Positions 20,232 through 28,970 of a stretch of 64,000 nucleotides of DNA are shown piece after piece (the first letter of the stretch is position 1; each line of letters begins with the position of its first letter). A program made the translations under genes and the position numbers. The notes beneath the pieces were generated by a model. The model worked only from the letters and a program-made list of their open reading frames with translations, did not search any database and had not been told where the DNA came from. Source of the DNA: an uncultured Acidobacteriota bacterium. GTDB lineage: Bacteria > Acidobacteriota > Thermoanaerobaculia > Multivoradales > UBA5704. Location: NCBI GenBank assembly GCA_963770895.1, contig CAVYRF010000002.1, positions 992,001-1,056,000 on the forward strand, read 5' to 3'.

Positions 20232-21398
20232 TCAGGCGAGCACGGCGGCCAGCCGCTCCAGGCCTTCGAGCAGCTGGGCGCGCGAGCAGGCAAAGGAAAT
20301 GCGGATGTGGTTGTCGGCGCCGAAGGCGGCTCCGGGCACCACCGCCACCTGCGCCTTGTCGAGCAGGAATTCGGTGAACTGGACCGATCCCTGCCGTCCC
20401 GGCCCAAAGGCGCCCGACACGTCGGGGAAGGCGTAAAAGGCGCCGAGCGGCGGCTGGCAGCGCACACCGGGGAGCTGGTTGAGGCGGGGGATGAGCATCT
20501 CGCGACGGGCGCGGTATTCGGCGATCATCCGCTCGACGTCGGGTTCGGCGTCGCGCAGGGCGGCCAGGGCGCCGACCATGGCGAAGGAGGTGGGATTCGA
20601 CGTGGCGTGGCTCTGGATGTTCTCGATCGCGTTGACCAGCGGCTTGGGGCCCAGCAGGTAGCCGATCCGCCAGCCGGTCATGGCGTAGGTCTTGGAAAAC
20701 GACCCCACCAGGACGACGGTGTCGGGAAATTCCGCGGCCAGGCTGGCGGCGCTGGCGTGGGGCTGGTCGTAGACGAAGCGCTCGTAGGTTTCGTCGGAAA
20801 TGACGATCAGGCCGCGGTTGGCGGCGAAGCGCACGACCTGGCGCAGGTCCGCGGCGGCGATGACGCCGCCCGTCGGGTTGCACGGCGAATTGAGCAGGAT
20901 GGCCCGCGTGCGGTCGGTGACCGCCGCCAGGATGGCGTCCGCGTGCTGGCGGAAACCGTCGGCGCCGACGGTTTCAAAGGGCACCGGCACCGCGCCGGCA
21001 AAGCGGATCTGCTCGCCGAAGCTGACCCACGAGGGATTGGGCAGCACCACTTCGTGGCCGGGCTCGAACAGCGCCAGGGCCAGTTGGAAGAGCGCCGCCT
21101 TGCCGCCCACCGTGACCACCGAGTCCTGAGCCTGCCAGGGAGCGCCGTAGCGGTCCCGCGCCCAGGCGGCGAGCGCCTGCCGCAGCTCCGGCGTGCCGCT
21201 GCCCGGCGTGTAGCGGGTGAACCCGGCGGCCAGCGCCTGGCAGGCAGCTTCGACGGCCACCGCCGGGGAGTTGAAATCCGGCTCGCCGGCGCCGAAATCG
21301 ACCAGGGCGACGCCCTGCGCCTTGAGCGCGGCGGCGCGGCGCGTGACCGCCAGGGTCGCGGATTCGGCAATGCCGGCGGCTCTGGCAGAGAGAATCAC
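20232..21398 (-). CDS. PLP-dependent class I aminotransferase (aspartate aminotransferase-like)
   Basis: GEPDF, NSPCNPTG, SDETY, SFSKTYAMTGWRIGY. Confidence 0.92.
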   Translation of the reverse strand: MILSARAAGIAESATLAVTRRAAALKAQGVALVDFGAGEPDFNSPAVAVEAACQALAAGFTRYTPGSGTPELRQALAAWARDRYGAPWQAQDSVVTVGGKAALFQLALALFEPGHEVVLPNPSWVSFGEQIRFAGAVPVPFETVGADGFRQHADAILAAVTDRTRAILLNSPCNPTGGVIAAADLRQVVRFAANRGLIVISDETYERFVYDQPHASAASLAAEFPDTVVLVGSFSKTYAMTGWRIGYLLGPKPLVNAIENIQSHATSNPTSFAMVGALAALRDAEPDVERMIAEYRARREMLIPRLNQLPGVRCQPPLGAFYAFPDVSGAFGPGRQGSVQFTEFLLDKAQVAVVPGAAFGADNHIRISFACSRAQLLEGLERLAAVLA

Positions 21399-21516
21399 CG
21401 GCGAATGCTATCACCGCTGCGCGCCGCTGCCGGGCGGAGGCGGCGGATGCTATTGTGCGGCAAGGGGCTGCCGCGCGCCCGCGCCACGCCGACGTCGCAT
21501 CCCAAGGACAAAGGTC

Positions 21517-23640
21517 ATGAAGCCATCCGTTTTGCACCGTCTTCCCGCCCGCCGCAGGGCGCTTGCCGTCGCCGCGGCGGCGCTCGCCGTGGCGGCCGCC
21601 GCAGCTTGCGGTCCGGGCGTCGCCACCGCCTCGGCCGCCGGCATCCCGCGCCCCGAAAAAGCCAAGCTGGCGCTGCAGGCGGACGCCTCCTCCTACCCCG
21701 CCGGCGCCGCCGCCGGGATCTCGGCGCAGGTGTCGATCGAACCCGGATGGCACGTCAACAGCCACACGCCGACGTTCGACTACCTGATCCCCACCGCCCT
21801 CGAAATCGAGATGCCGGCCGCCTGGCCGGCGGCGGAGATCCAGTACCCGCCGGCACAGAAGAAGAAGTTCACCTTTGCCGAGGTGCCGCTGTCGGTCTAC
21901 GACGGCGACGTGACCATCCTGGCCGTGATCCACATCCCCGAGGGCAGCCCGCAGGGGCGCTTTCCGCTGCACGCGCGCCTGAGCTACCAGGCCTGCAACG
22001 ATTCCCAATGCCTGCCGCCGGTGAGCGTCGCCGGCCAGGTCTCGATCACCGTCGGCGGTCCAGCCGCCGGTGCCGCCGGCAGCGCCGCGGCGCCGGCCGC
22101 CGCCACGCCCACCGCGTCGACCGCATCGACCGCATCGACCGCTGCAACCACCGCGACCGCACCCGTCGCACCAGACGCACCGGCCGGCCTGGCCACGGCG
22201 CACGGCACGGCCGCGGCATCGGCGCAACCGCTGCTGTCCGCGCATGCCGCCGGCGGCGATGGCGCGGCGCCAACGGCGCCCGCATCGGCAACGACCGCAA
22301 CGACTTCGACAACGCCGCCGCCGCCGGCCCCCAAGGCCGCGGCGCCGCTTTCGGCGCGCACGCTGGCCGGCATGCTGCTGGTGGCGGTGCTGGGCGGTCT
22401 GATCCTCAATGCCATGCCGTGCGTGCTGCCGATCCTGTCGCTCAAGGTGTTCGGCATGGTGCGCAGCGCCGGCCACGGCCGGTCGGAAGTGACGCGCGGC
22501 GCGCTCGCCACCGCGGCGGGGATCCTGCTGTCGTTCCTGCTGCTGGCCGGCGCGGCCATCGCGGCGGCTGCCGCCGGCGCCGCCGTCGGCTGGGGCGTCC
22601 AGTTCCAACGCCCCGGCTTCGTCGCCTTCCTGCTGGTGGTGGTGACGCTCTTCTGCTTCAACCTGTGGGGCCTGTTCGAGATCCCGCTGCCCGGCGCGCT
22701 CGCCCGCCTGGGCGGCACCGGCGGCGCCCGCGAGGGCCTGGCCGGCCACTTCGTGTCGGGCCTGTTCGCGACCCTGATGGCGACCCCCTGTTCGGCGCCC
22801 TTCCTGGGCACCGCCATCGGCTTTGCGCTGGCGCAGCCGGCGCCGGTTATCGTCGCCATCTTCGCCGCCGTCGGTGTCGGCCTGGCCCTGCCCTACCTGA
22901 TCCTGGCCGCGGCGCCCGGCGCGGCGCGCCTGCTGCCGCGCCCCGGCCCCTGGATGGACACGCTGCGCGGCACGCTCGGCTTCGTCCTGGCGGGCTCGGC
23001 GGTATGGCTGCTGTACGTGCTTGGCGCCCAGGTCAGCCCCGAGCGGCTGGCGCTCCTGGAGGTGGGCCTGGTGCTGATGGGCCTTTGCACCTGGCTGCGC
23101 CACCGCGCCGAGCAGCAGCGCTACGCCACCGCAGACAGCCCGGCGGCGCGGCCGGCAGCCGCGGGCCGGCACGCCGTCCTCGCCGGGCTGGCCGTCCTGG
23201 TCATGGCGGTGGCCACGATCGCCGCCGCCGCCGCCGGCGGTTCGGCCGCCGCCGCGGAGGGCCGCTTCGCCGCGCGCTCCCACTCCGCCGGCCTGATCGG
23301 CTGGGTCGCGTTCGACCGCACGCGCGCCGAATCGCTGGCGGCTGGCGGCCAGCTGGTCTTCGTGGACGTGACGGCGGACTGGTGCTTCACCTGCAAGGTC
23401 AACGAGCGGCTGGTCCTGGATACGCCCGAGATCGCCGGCGCCTTCGCGCGCCATCACGTGCTGCCGATGCGCGCCGACTGGACCAACCGCAGCGACGAGA
23501 TCGCCCACTTCCTCGCCGAGCACGGCCGCTACGGCATTCCGTTCTACCTGCTCTACCGCCCCGGCCGCGACCCCTACGTGTTCAGCGAGGTGCCCACCAA
23601 GGGCACGATCCTCGCCGCCCTCGACGCCGCGACGTCCTGA
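21517..23640 (+). CDS. DsbD/ScsB-like thiol:disulfide interchange protein
   Basis: GWHVNS..YQACNDSQC; LNAMPCVLP; ATPCSAP; C-terminal TADWCFTCKVNE. Confidence 0.9.
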   Translation: MKPSVLHRLPARRRALAVAAAALAVAAAAACGPGVATASAAGIPRPEKAKLALQADASSYPAGAAAGISAQVSIEPGWHVNSHTPTFDYLIPTALEIEMPAAWPAAEIQYPPAQKKKFTFAEVPLSVYDGDVTILAVIHIPEGSPQGRFPLHARLSYQACNDSQCLPPVSVAGQVSITVGGPAAGAAGSAAAPAAATPTASTASTASTAATTATAPVAPDAPAGLATAHGTAAASAQPLLSAHAAGGDGAAPTAPASATTATTSTTPPPPAPKAAAPLSARTLAGMLLVAVLGGLILNAMPCVLPILSLKVFGMVRSAGHGRSEVTRGALATAAGILLSFLLLAGAAIAAAAAGAAVGWGVQFQRPGFVAFLLVVVTLFCFNLWGLFEIPLPGALARLGGTGGAREGLAGHFVSGLFATLMATPCSAPFLGTAIGFALAQPAPVIVAIFAAVGVGLALPYLILAAAPGAARLLPRPGPWMDTLRGTLGFVLAGSAVWLLYVLGAQVSPERLALLEVGLVLMGLCTWLRHRAEQQRYATADSPAARPAAAGRHAVLAGLAVLVMAVATIAAAAAGGSAAAAEGRFAARSHSAGLIGWVAFDRTRAESLAAGGQLVFVDVTADWCFTCKVNERLVLDTPEIAGAFARHHVLPMRADWTNRSDEIAHFLAEHGRYGIPFYLLYRPGRDPYVFSEVPTKGTILAALDAATS

Positions 23641-23699
23641 CCCGGCGGCCCGGACACCCTGCGGCCCGCCTCCGGGAGCTCCGCGGGGTCGCCCCCACC

Positions 23700-25244
23700 T
23701 CAGTAGTTTTTGGCGAAAACCACCGTTTCGCGCCGCGGCGCGCCGCACATGACGCAGCGCGAAAAGTCGCCGGCCGGCACCTGATCGATCGGGATGCAGC
23801 GGATGGTCACCTTGAGCTCGTCCTTGATGCGCGCCTCGCACGCCGCTTCGCCGCACCACGGAGACACGGCGAAGCCGCCGTGGATCTCGGGCCGCTCGGC
23901 GTTGCGCGGGGTGAAAAAGGCCGCGAACTCGCCGGCGTCGCCGATGGCGCGCATGTGGCGGGCGCGGAATTCCACGGCGCGGGCGAACAGGCCGGCCTGC
24001 ACCTGGTCGAGCGCCGCCAGCACCGCGGCGGCCAGGCCGTCGGCCGGCAGCTCCGCGGTCGCCTGCACTTCCTGGTCCCGGCGCGAGAACGACACCACGC
24101 GGCGGTCCACGTCGCGCGGGCCGATCTCCAGCCGCAGCGGCACGCCCCGCTTCACCCATTCCCACTTCTTCTGGCCGCCGCGGACGTCGCGGCGATCCAC
24201 CTCCACCACCACCGGCGCGCCGTGGTAGCGCTGCGCGCGCAGGTCGGCGGCGATCGCATCCACGTAGTCCAGCACCTTCTGCCGCGTGTCGTCGGCGCGC
24301 AGGATCGGCAGGATGACGACGTGCGCCGACGCCACCCGCGGCGGCAGCACCAGGCCGTTGTCGTCGCTGTGCGTCATCAGCAGGCCGCCGATCAGCCGCG
24401 TCGACACTCCCCATGAAGTGGTCCAGGCCAGCTCGTCCGCTCCCGACTGGCCCTGGAACTTGATGCCGCTGGCCTTGGCGAAGTTCTGGCCCAGGAAGTG
24501 CGAAGTGCCCGCCTGCAGCGCCTTGCGGTCCTGCATCATCGCCTCGATGGTGTAGGTTTCGACCGCCCCCGGAAAGCGCTCGCTCGCCGTCTTGCGGCCG
24601 CGCAGGACCGGCATGGCCAGGTACGACTCGGCGAACTCCTTGTACAGGTCCAGGATCTTCGCCGTCTCCTCCTGCGCCTCGCGTTCGGTTTCGTGCGCCG
24701 TGTGCCCTTCCTGCCAGAGGAACTCAGAGGTGCGCAGGAACATCCGCGTGCGCAGCTCCCAGCGCACCACGTTGCACCACTGGTTGATCAGCAGCGGCAG
24801 GTCGCGGTAGCTCTGCACCCAGCGCGCGAACATCTCGCCGATGATGGTTTCGGACGTGGGCCGCACGATCAGCGGCTCTTCCAGCTCCGCCGCGGGATCG
24901 ACGACCAGCGCCCCCTTGTCGTTCTGGATCAGCCGGTGGTGGGTGACCACCGCGCACTCCTTGGCGAAGCCCTGCACGTGCTCGGCTTCCTTTTCCAGGA
25001 ACGACTTGGGGATGAACAGCGGGAAGTAGGCGTTGCGGTGGCCGGTCGCCTTGAACATCGCGTCCAGGTCGCGCTGGATGTTCTCCCAGATGGCGAAGCC
25101 CCACGGCTTGATCACCATGCAGCCGCGCACCGGCGAGTTCTCCGCCAGATCCGCGGCGCGGATGACCTGCTGATACCACTCGGCATAGTCGTCTTCGCGA
25201 GTGGGGGTGATCGCGGTCGTGCTCGATTCCTGATTCTTGGCCAT
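23700..25244 (-). CDS. proS: Proline--tRNA ligase (archaeal/eukaryote-type)
   Basis: YFPLFIP, RPTSET, FLRTSEFLWQEGHT, QAGTSH, C-terminal TIRCIP...FAKNY; GAGG SD before the ATG at 25244. Confidence 0.95.
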   Translation of the reverse strand: MAKNQESSTTAITPTREDDYAEWYQQVIRAADLAENSPVRGCMVIKPWGFAIWENIQRDLDAMFKATGHRNAYFPLFIPKSFLEKEAEHVQGFAKECAVVTHHRLIQNDKGALVVDPAAELEEPLIVRPTSETIIGEMFARWVQSYRDLPLLINQWCNVVRWELRTRMFLRTSEFLWQEGHTAHETEREAQEETAKILDLYKEFAESYLAMPVLRGRKTASERFPGAVETYTIEAMMQDRKALQAGTSHFLGQNFAKASGIKFQGQSGADELAWTTSWGVSTRLIGGLLMTHSDDNGLVLPPRVASAHVVILPILRADDTRQKVLDYVDAIAADLRAQRYHGAPVVVEVDRRDVRGGQKKWEWVKRGVPLRLEIGPRDVDRRVVSFSRRDQEVQATAELPADGLAAAVLAALDQVQAGLFARAVEFRARHMRAIGDAGEFAAFFTPRNAERPEIHGGFAVSPWCGEAACEARIKDELKVTIRCIPIDQVPAGDFSRCVMCGAPRRETVVFAKNY

Positions 25245-25359
25245 ATCCTCTACCGGTCCGCTGCCTGAAGATGCCGCCCGCGCCCCCCGGGCAGCCGGGC
25301 GCGAGGCCGCATGATACCCGACGCGCGGTCCGCCGGCGGCACCCCGCCGGCAGGGCACG

Positions 25360-26817
25360 CTACGGTTTCGGCCGTTCCTGCCGCTCGCGCCGCACGCCGG
25401 CGCGCAGCGCGCGAACCTCTTCCAGGCGCGCCTTGAGCGCCTCTTCGAAGCCGCGGCCGCGGGGTTCGTAGAAGCGCGTGCCAGCCAGCGATTCGGGCAG
25501 GCAGTCGATGCCGCCGACGCCCTCTTCGGTCGCGTGGGCGTAGACGTATCCGGCGCCGTAGCCCAAGCCCTTCATCAGCCGCGTCGACGCGTTGCGGATG
25601 CTCATCGGCACCGGGTCGGCGGGGCGTTCCTCGACCGTGTGCTGGGCGGCGCCGAAGCCGGCGTAGACCGCGTTGCTCTTGGGCGCCAGCGCCAGGTAGA
25701 CGACGGCCTGCGCCAGGGCCAGCTCGCCTTCGGGCGACCCCAGCAGGTGGAAGGCGTCGCGCGCCGCCAGCGCCTGCGGCAGGGCCTGCGGGTCGGCCAG
25801 GCCGACGTCCTCGCTGGCGAAGCGGACCATGCGCCGGGCGACGTACATCGGGTCCTCGCCGGCGCCGAGCATGCGCGCCAGCCAGTAGAGCGCGGCGTCG
25901 GGGTCGCTCTCGCGCAGCGACTTGTGCAGCGCCGAGATGAGATTGAAGTGCTCTTCGCCCGCCTTGTCGTAGACCAGCACCTTGCGCTGCGCCACCCGCC
26001 GCACCGCCTCGGCATCCAGGCGGCGCCGGCCGTCCGCTGCAGCGGCGCCTTGCGGCGCGCCGCCGCCGGCGGCCGGGTCCTCCGCCGCTGCCGCCGGATC
26101 GGCGGCGTCGGCCACCGCCAGCTCCAGCAGGTTGAGCGCCCGCCGGGCGTCGCCCGAAGCCAGCTGGGCGAGGGAGGCAAGGGCGTCGTCCTCCACCTCG
26201 ATCGCCGCCGCGGCCTCCCCCAGGCCGCGCTCGCGGTCGGCCAGGGCGCGGCGCAGCAGGACGGTCAGGTCGTCGGCGGTGAGCGGCCCCAGCACCACCA
26301 CGCGGCAGCGCGACAGCAGCGCCGCGTTGAGCTCGAAGGACGGGTTTTCGGTGGTGGCGCCGACCAGCACGATGTCGCCGCGCTCGACGTAGGGCAGGAA
26401 GGCGTCCTGCTGCGAGCGGTTGAAGCGGTGGATCTCGTCGACGAACAGCAGCGTCCGGCGTCCCTGGGCGCGCCGCAGGCGGGCGGCCTCGGCCATCACC
26501 TCCTTGACCTCCTTGATGCCCGAGGTGACGGCGGAGAAGGGGACGAAGACGCAGGCGGTGGCGGTGGCGATCAGCCGCGCCAGGGTGGTCTTGCCCGATC
26601 CGGGAGGGCCCCAGAAGATCAGCGACGGCACGCGGTCGGCGGCGATGGCGCGGCGCAGGAACGCCTGCGGCCCGACCACCGCGGCGTGCCCCACCACCTC
26701 GTCGAGGCTGCGCGGACGCATGCGCTCGGCCAGCGGAAAGCCCCCGCCGCCCCCCGCTTCGCCGTCTGCCGCCGCCCCGCCGCCGGCCGGGGCCTGATCG
26801 TCGAACAGACCCCGCAT
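25360..26817 (-). CDS. rarA: Replication-associated recombination protein A
   Basis: PLAERMRP, WGPPGSGKTT, DEIHRFN, ATTENPSF, ISALHKS. Confidence 0.93.
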   Translation of the reverse strand: MRGLFDDQAPAGGGAAADGEAGGGGGFPLAERMRPRSLDEVVGHAAVVGPQAFLRRAIAADRVPSLIFWGPPGSGKTTLARLIATATACVFVPFSAVTSGIKEVKEVMAEAARLRRAQGRRTLLFVDEIHRFNRSQQDAFLPYVERGDIVLVGATTENPSFELNAALLSRCRVVVLGPLTADDLTVLLRRALADRERGLGEAAAAIEVEDDALASLAQLASGDARRALNLLELAVADAADPAAAAEDPAAGGGAPQGAAAADGRRRLDAEAVRRVAQRKVLVYDKAGEEHFNLISALHKSLRESDPDAALYWLARMLGAGEDPMYVARRMVRFASEDVGLADPQALPQALAARDAFHLLGSPEGELALAQAVVYLALAPKSNAVYAGFGAAQHTVEERPADPVPMSIRNASTRLMKGLGYGAGYVYAHATEEGVGGIDCLPESLAGTRFYEPRGRGFEEALKARLEEVRALRAGVRRERQERPKP

Positions 26818-28913
26818 CAGGCGCCGGGATCGCGTTCGACGTCCACCTGCGCGTCGTTGAAGCAGGCGCCGCCGCCCACGTCGGACAGGCTCGCCGGCGT
26901 CAGGGCGTTGGCGGTGGTGCCGGAACGGGTGTTGTGGCTCCACAGACCCTTGGGCAGCATGACCACGCCGGGGCGCAGGTCGGGGTTGAGGCGCACGTCG
27001 GTGCGCACTTCGCCCAGCTCGTTCCACACCCGCACCGGCATGCCGTCGGCCAGGCCGCGCTCCGCCGCGTCCACCGGGTGCATCTCGACCGCGACCAGCT
27101 TGCGGTGCAGCTCGCCGAGCGTCGAGCTGATGGTGCGCGACGACGCCGGCGAGATCAGCGTCAGCGGAAACCGGACGCTGGCCTGCGGCTCGCGATAGGC
27201 ATACAGCCCGCCCGGCGCCTCGCTGTCCAGCTCCGCCGGCACCAGGTCGATGCGGCAGTCGGGGGTGCGCGGAAAGACGTCCACGAACTGCACCGGGTTG
27301 GCGCCGCAGTCCGGCAGCGCCACGCCGCCGCGGTCCAGGTCGCGGCGCACCCGCGGCGCGCCGGCAAAGAGCGCCGCGGTCAGCTCTTCGGCGTTGCGCG
27401 GATCGCCGGGCCGCGACAGGCCCAACCGGTCGCACAGCTCGCCGAACACCTGGTAGTTGGGCCGCGACTCGCCCACCGGCGCGATCGCCGGCGCCGATTG
27501 GTGGATCAGCAGCGAACCGTAGCTCTTGACCAGCTCGTGGTGCTCCAGAAACGTCGTCGCCGGCAGCACCAGGTCGGCATAGCGGGCGGTGTCGGTCAGC
27601 ACCGGGTCGAACACCACGGTGAACAGGTCTTCGCGCTCCAGCCCGCGGCGCACCCGCTGCTGGTCCGGCATGGTCGCCAGCGGATTGCAGTTGTAGACGA
27701 ACAGCACCTTGACCGGCGGCTCCCCGGCGCCGCCGCCGGCACCTTCACCGTCGCCGCCGCCGTCGCCGCACAGCACCTGGCCAAGGCGGTTCATGTTGAC
27801 CAGGCGCGGCGGCCGTCCGCCCGCGGTCGCGGCGGGCGCCGGCGCCGCCGAGGGGTCGCCCAGCTGCCAGGCGCCCGAGGCAGACATCATGTAGCCGCCG
27901 CCGCGCACGCCGAACTTGCCGGCCACCGCCGGCAGCGCCAGCGCCGCCGCCACCGCGGCGCCGCCGTTGCGGTTGCGCTCCAGCCCCCAGCCGGTGCGCA
28001 CCACCGCCGGAGACCGGTCGGCGTACAGCCGCGCGAAGCGCTCGATGTCGGCCACCGGCACCCCGGTGACCGCGGCGGCGCGCGCCGGTTCCCACGCCGC
28101 GGCGCGCCGTCGCAGCTCTTCGGCGCCGCGCGTGTGCCGCGCCAGGAACGCCAGGTCGGCCCGTCCCTCTTCGAACAGCCAGCGCAGCACCGCCAGCGCC
28201 AGCGGTAGGTCGGTGCCGGGCCGCGGCGCCAGGTGCAGGTCGGCGCGCTTGGCCAGCGCCGTCCGCCGCGGGTCGACGATCACCAGGGCGGCGCCCTGCC
28301 GCTGCGCCTCCTGGATCACCGGCACCAGGTGGATTCCGGACGCCGACGGATTGGCGCCCCACAGCACGATCAGCCGGGCGTGCACGAAATCCGTCAGCGC
28401 CACTCCCGGCATGCGCCCATACATGCCGGTCGTCGCCGCGGTCGAGGGGGCGGCGCAGACGGTGCGCGCCAGCTGGCTGGCACCCAGGCGGGCGAACAGC
28501 CGCTGGTCGGTGGTGTCCTGGGTGAGCAGCCCATTGGAGCCGCCGTAGCTGAACGGCAGGATCGATTCGGCGCCGTGGCGGTCGCGCGCGTCGCGTATTT
28601 CCGCGGCGACCAGGGCCAGCGCTTCGTCCCACGACACCCGTTCGAAGCTGGCCGTCCCCTTGCGGCCGCGGCGCACCGCCGGGTGCAGCAGCCGCGCCTC
28701 GCCGTAGGCGTGTTCCGGCCAGCGCCGCACCTTGGCGCAGATGAAGCCCGCGGTCAGCGGATTGAGGTGGGTGCCGTCGAGCTTGACCGCCCTGCCGTTT
28801 TCGATCTCGACCGTCAGGCTGCACGCGTCGGGGCAGTCGAGCGGGCACGCGCTGCGCACCGCCGTGCGCACCGCGGGCGTAGGTGCGACCAGGCTTGCAG
28901 TCGGCGGCGCCAC
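26817..28913 (-). CDS. Molybdopterin-dependent oxidoreductase
   Basis: CPLDCPDAC, GFICAKV, WDEAL, DTARYADLVLPATT, C-terminal molybdopterin-binding domain. Confidence 0.9.
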   Translation of the reverse strand: MAPPTASLVAPTPAVRTAVRSACPLDCPDACSLTVEIENGRAVKLDGTHLNPLTAGFICAKVRRWPEHAYGEARLLHPAVRRGRKGTASFERVSWDEALALVAAEIRDARDRHGAESILPFSYGGSNGLLTQDTTDQRLFARLGASQLARTVCAAPSTAATTGMYGRMPGVALTDFVHARLIVLWGANPSASGIHLVPVIQEAQRQGAALVIVDPRRTALAKRADLHLAPRPGTDLPLALAVLRWLFEEGRADLAFLARHTRGAEELRRRAAAWEPARAAAVTGVPVADIERFARLYADRSPAVVRTGWGLERNRNGGAAVAAALALPAVAGKFGVRGGGYMMSASGAWQLGDPSAAPAPAATAGGRPPRLVNMNRLGQVLCGDGGGDGEGAGGGAGEPPVKVLFVYNCNPLATMPDQQRVRRGLEREDLFTVVFDPVLTDTARYADLVLPATTFLEHHELVKSYGSLLIHQSAPAIAPVGESRPNYQVFGELCDRLGLSRPGDPRNAEELTAALFAGAPRVRRDLDRGGVALPDCGANPVQFVDVFPRTPDCRIDLVPAELDSEAPGGLYAYREPQASVRFPLTLISPASSRTISSTLGELHRKLVAVEMHPVDAAERGLADGMPVRVWNELGEVRTDVRLNPDLRPGVVMLPKGLWSHNTRSGTTANALTPASLSDVGGGACFNDAQVDVERDPGA

Positions 28914-28970
28914 GCCACCATTGTAAATCGCCCCCTCCCGCAGCGGTAGCGAACCGCCGGAAGGCGACCC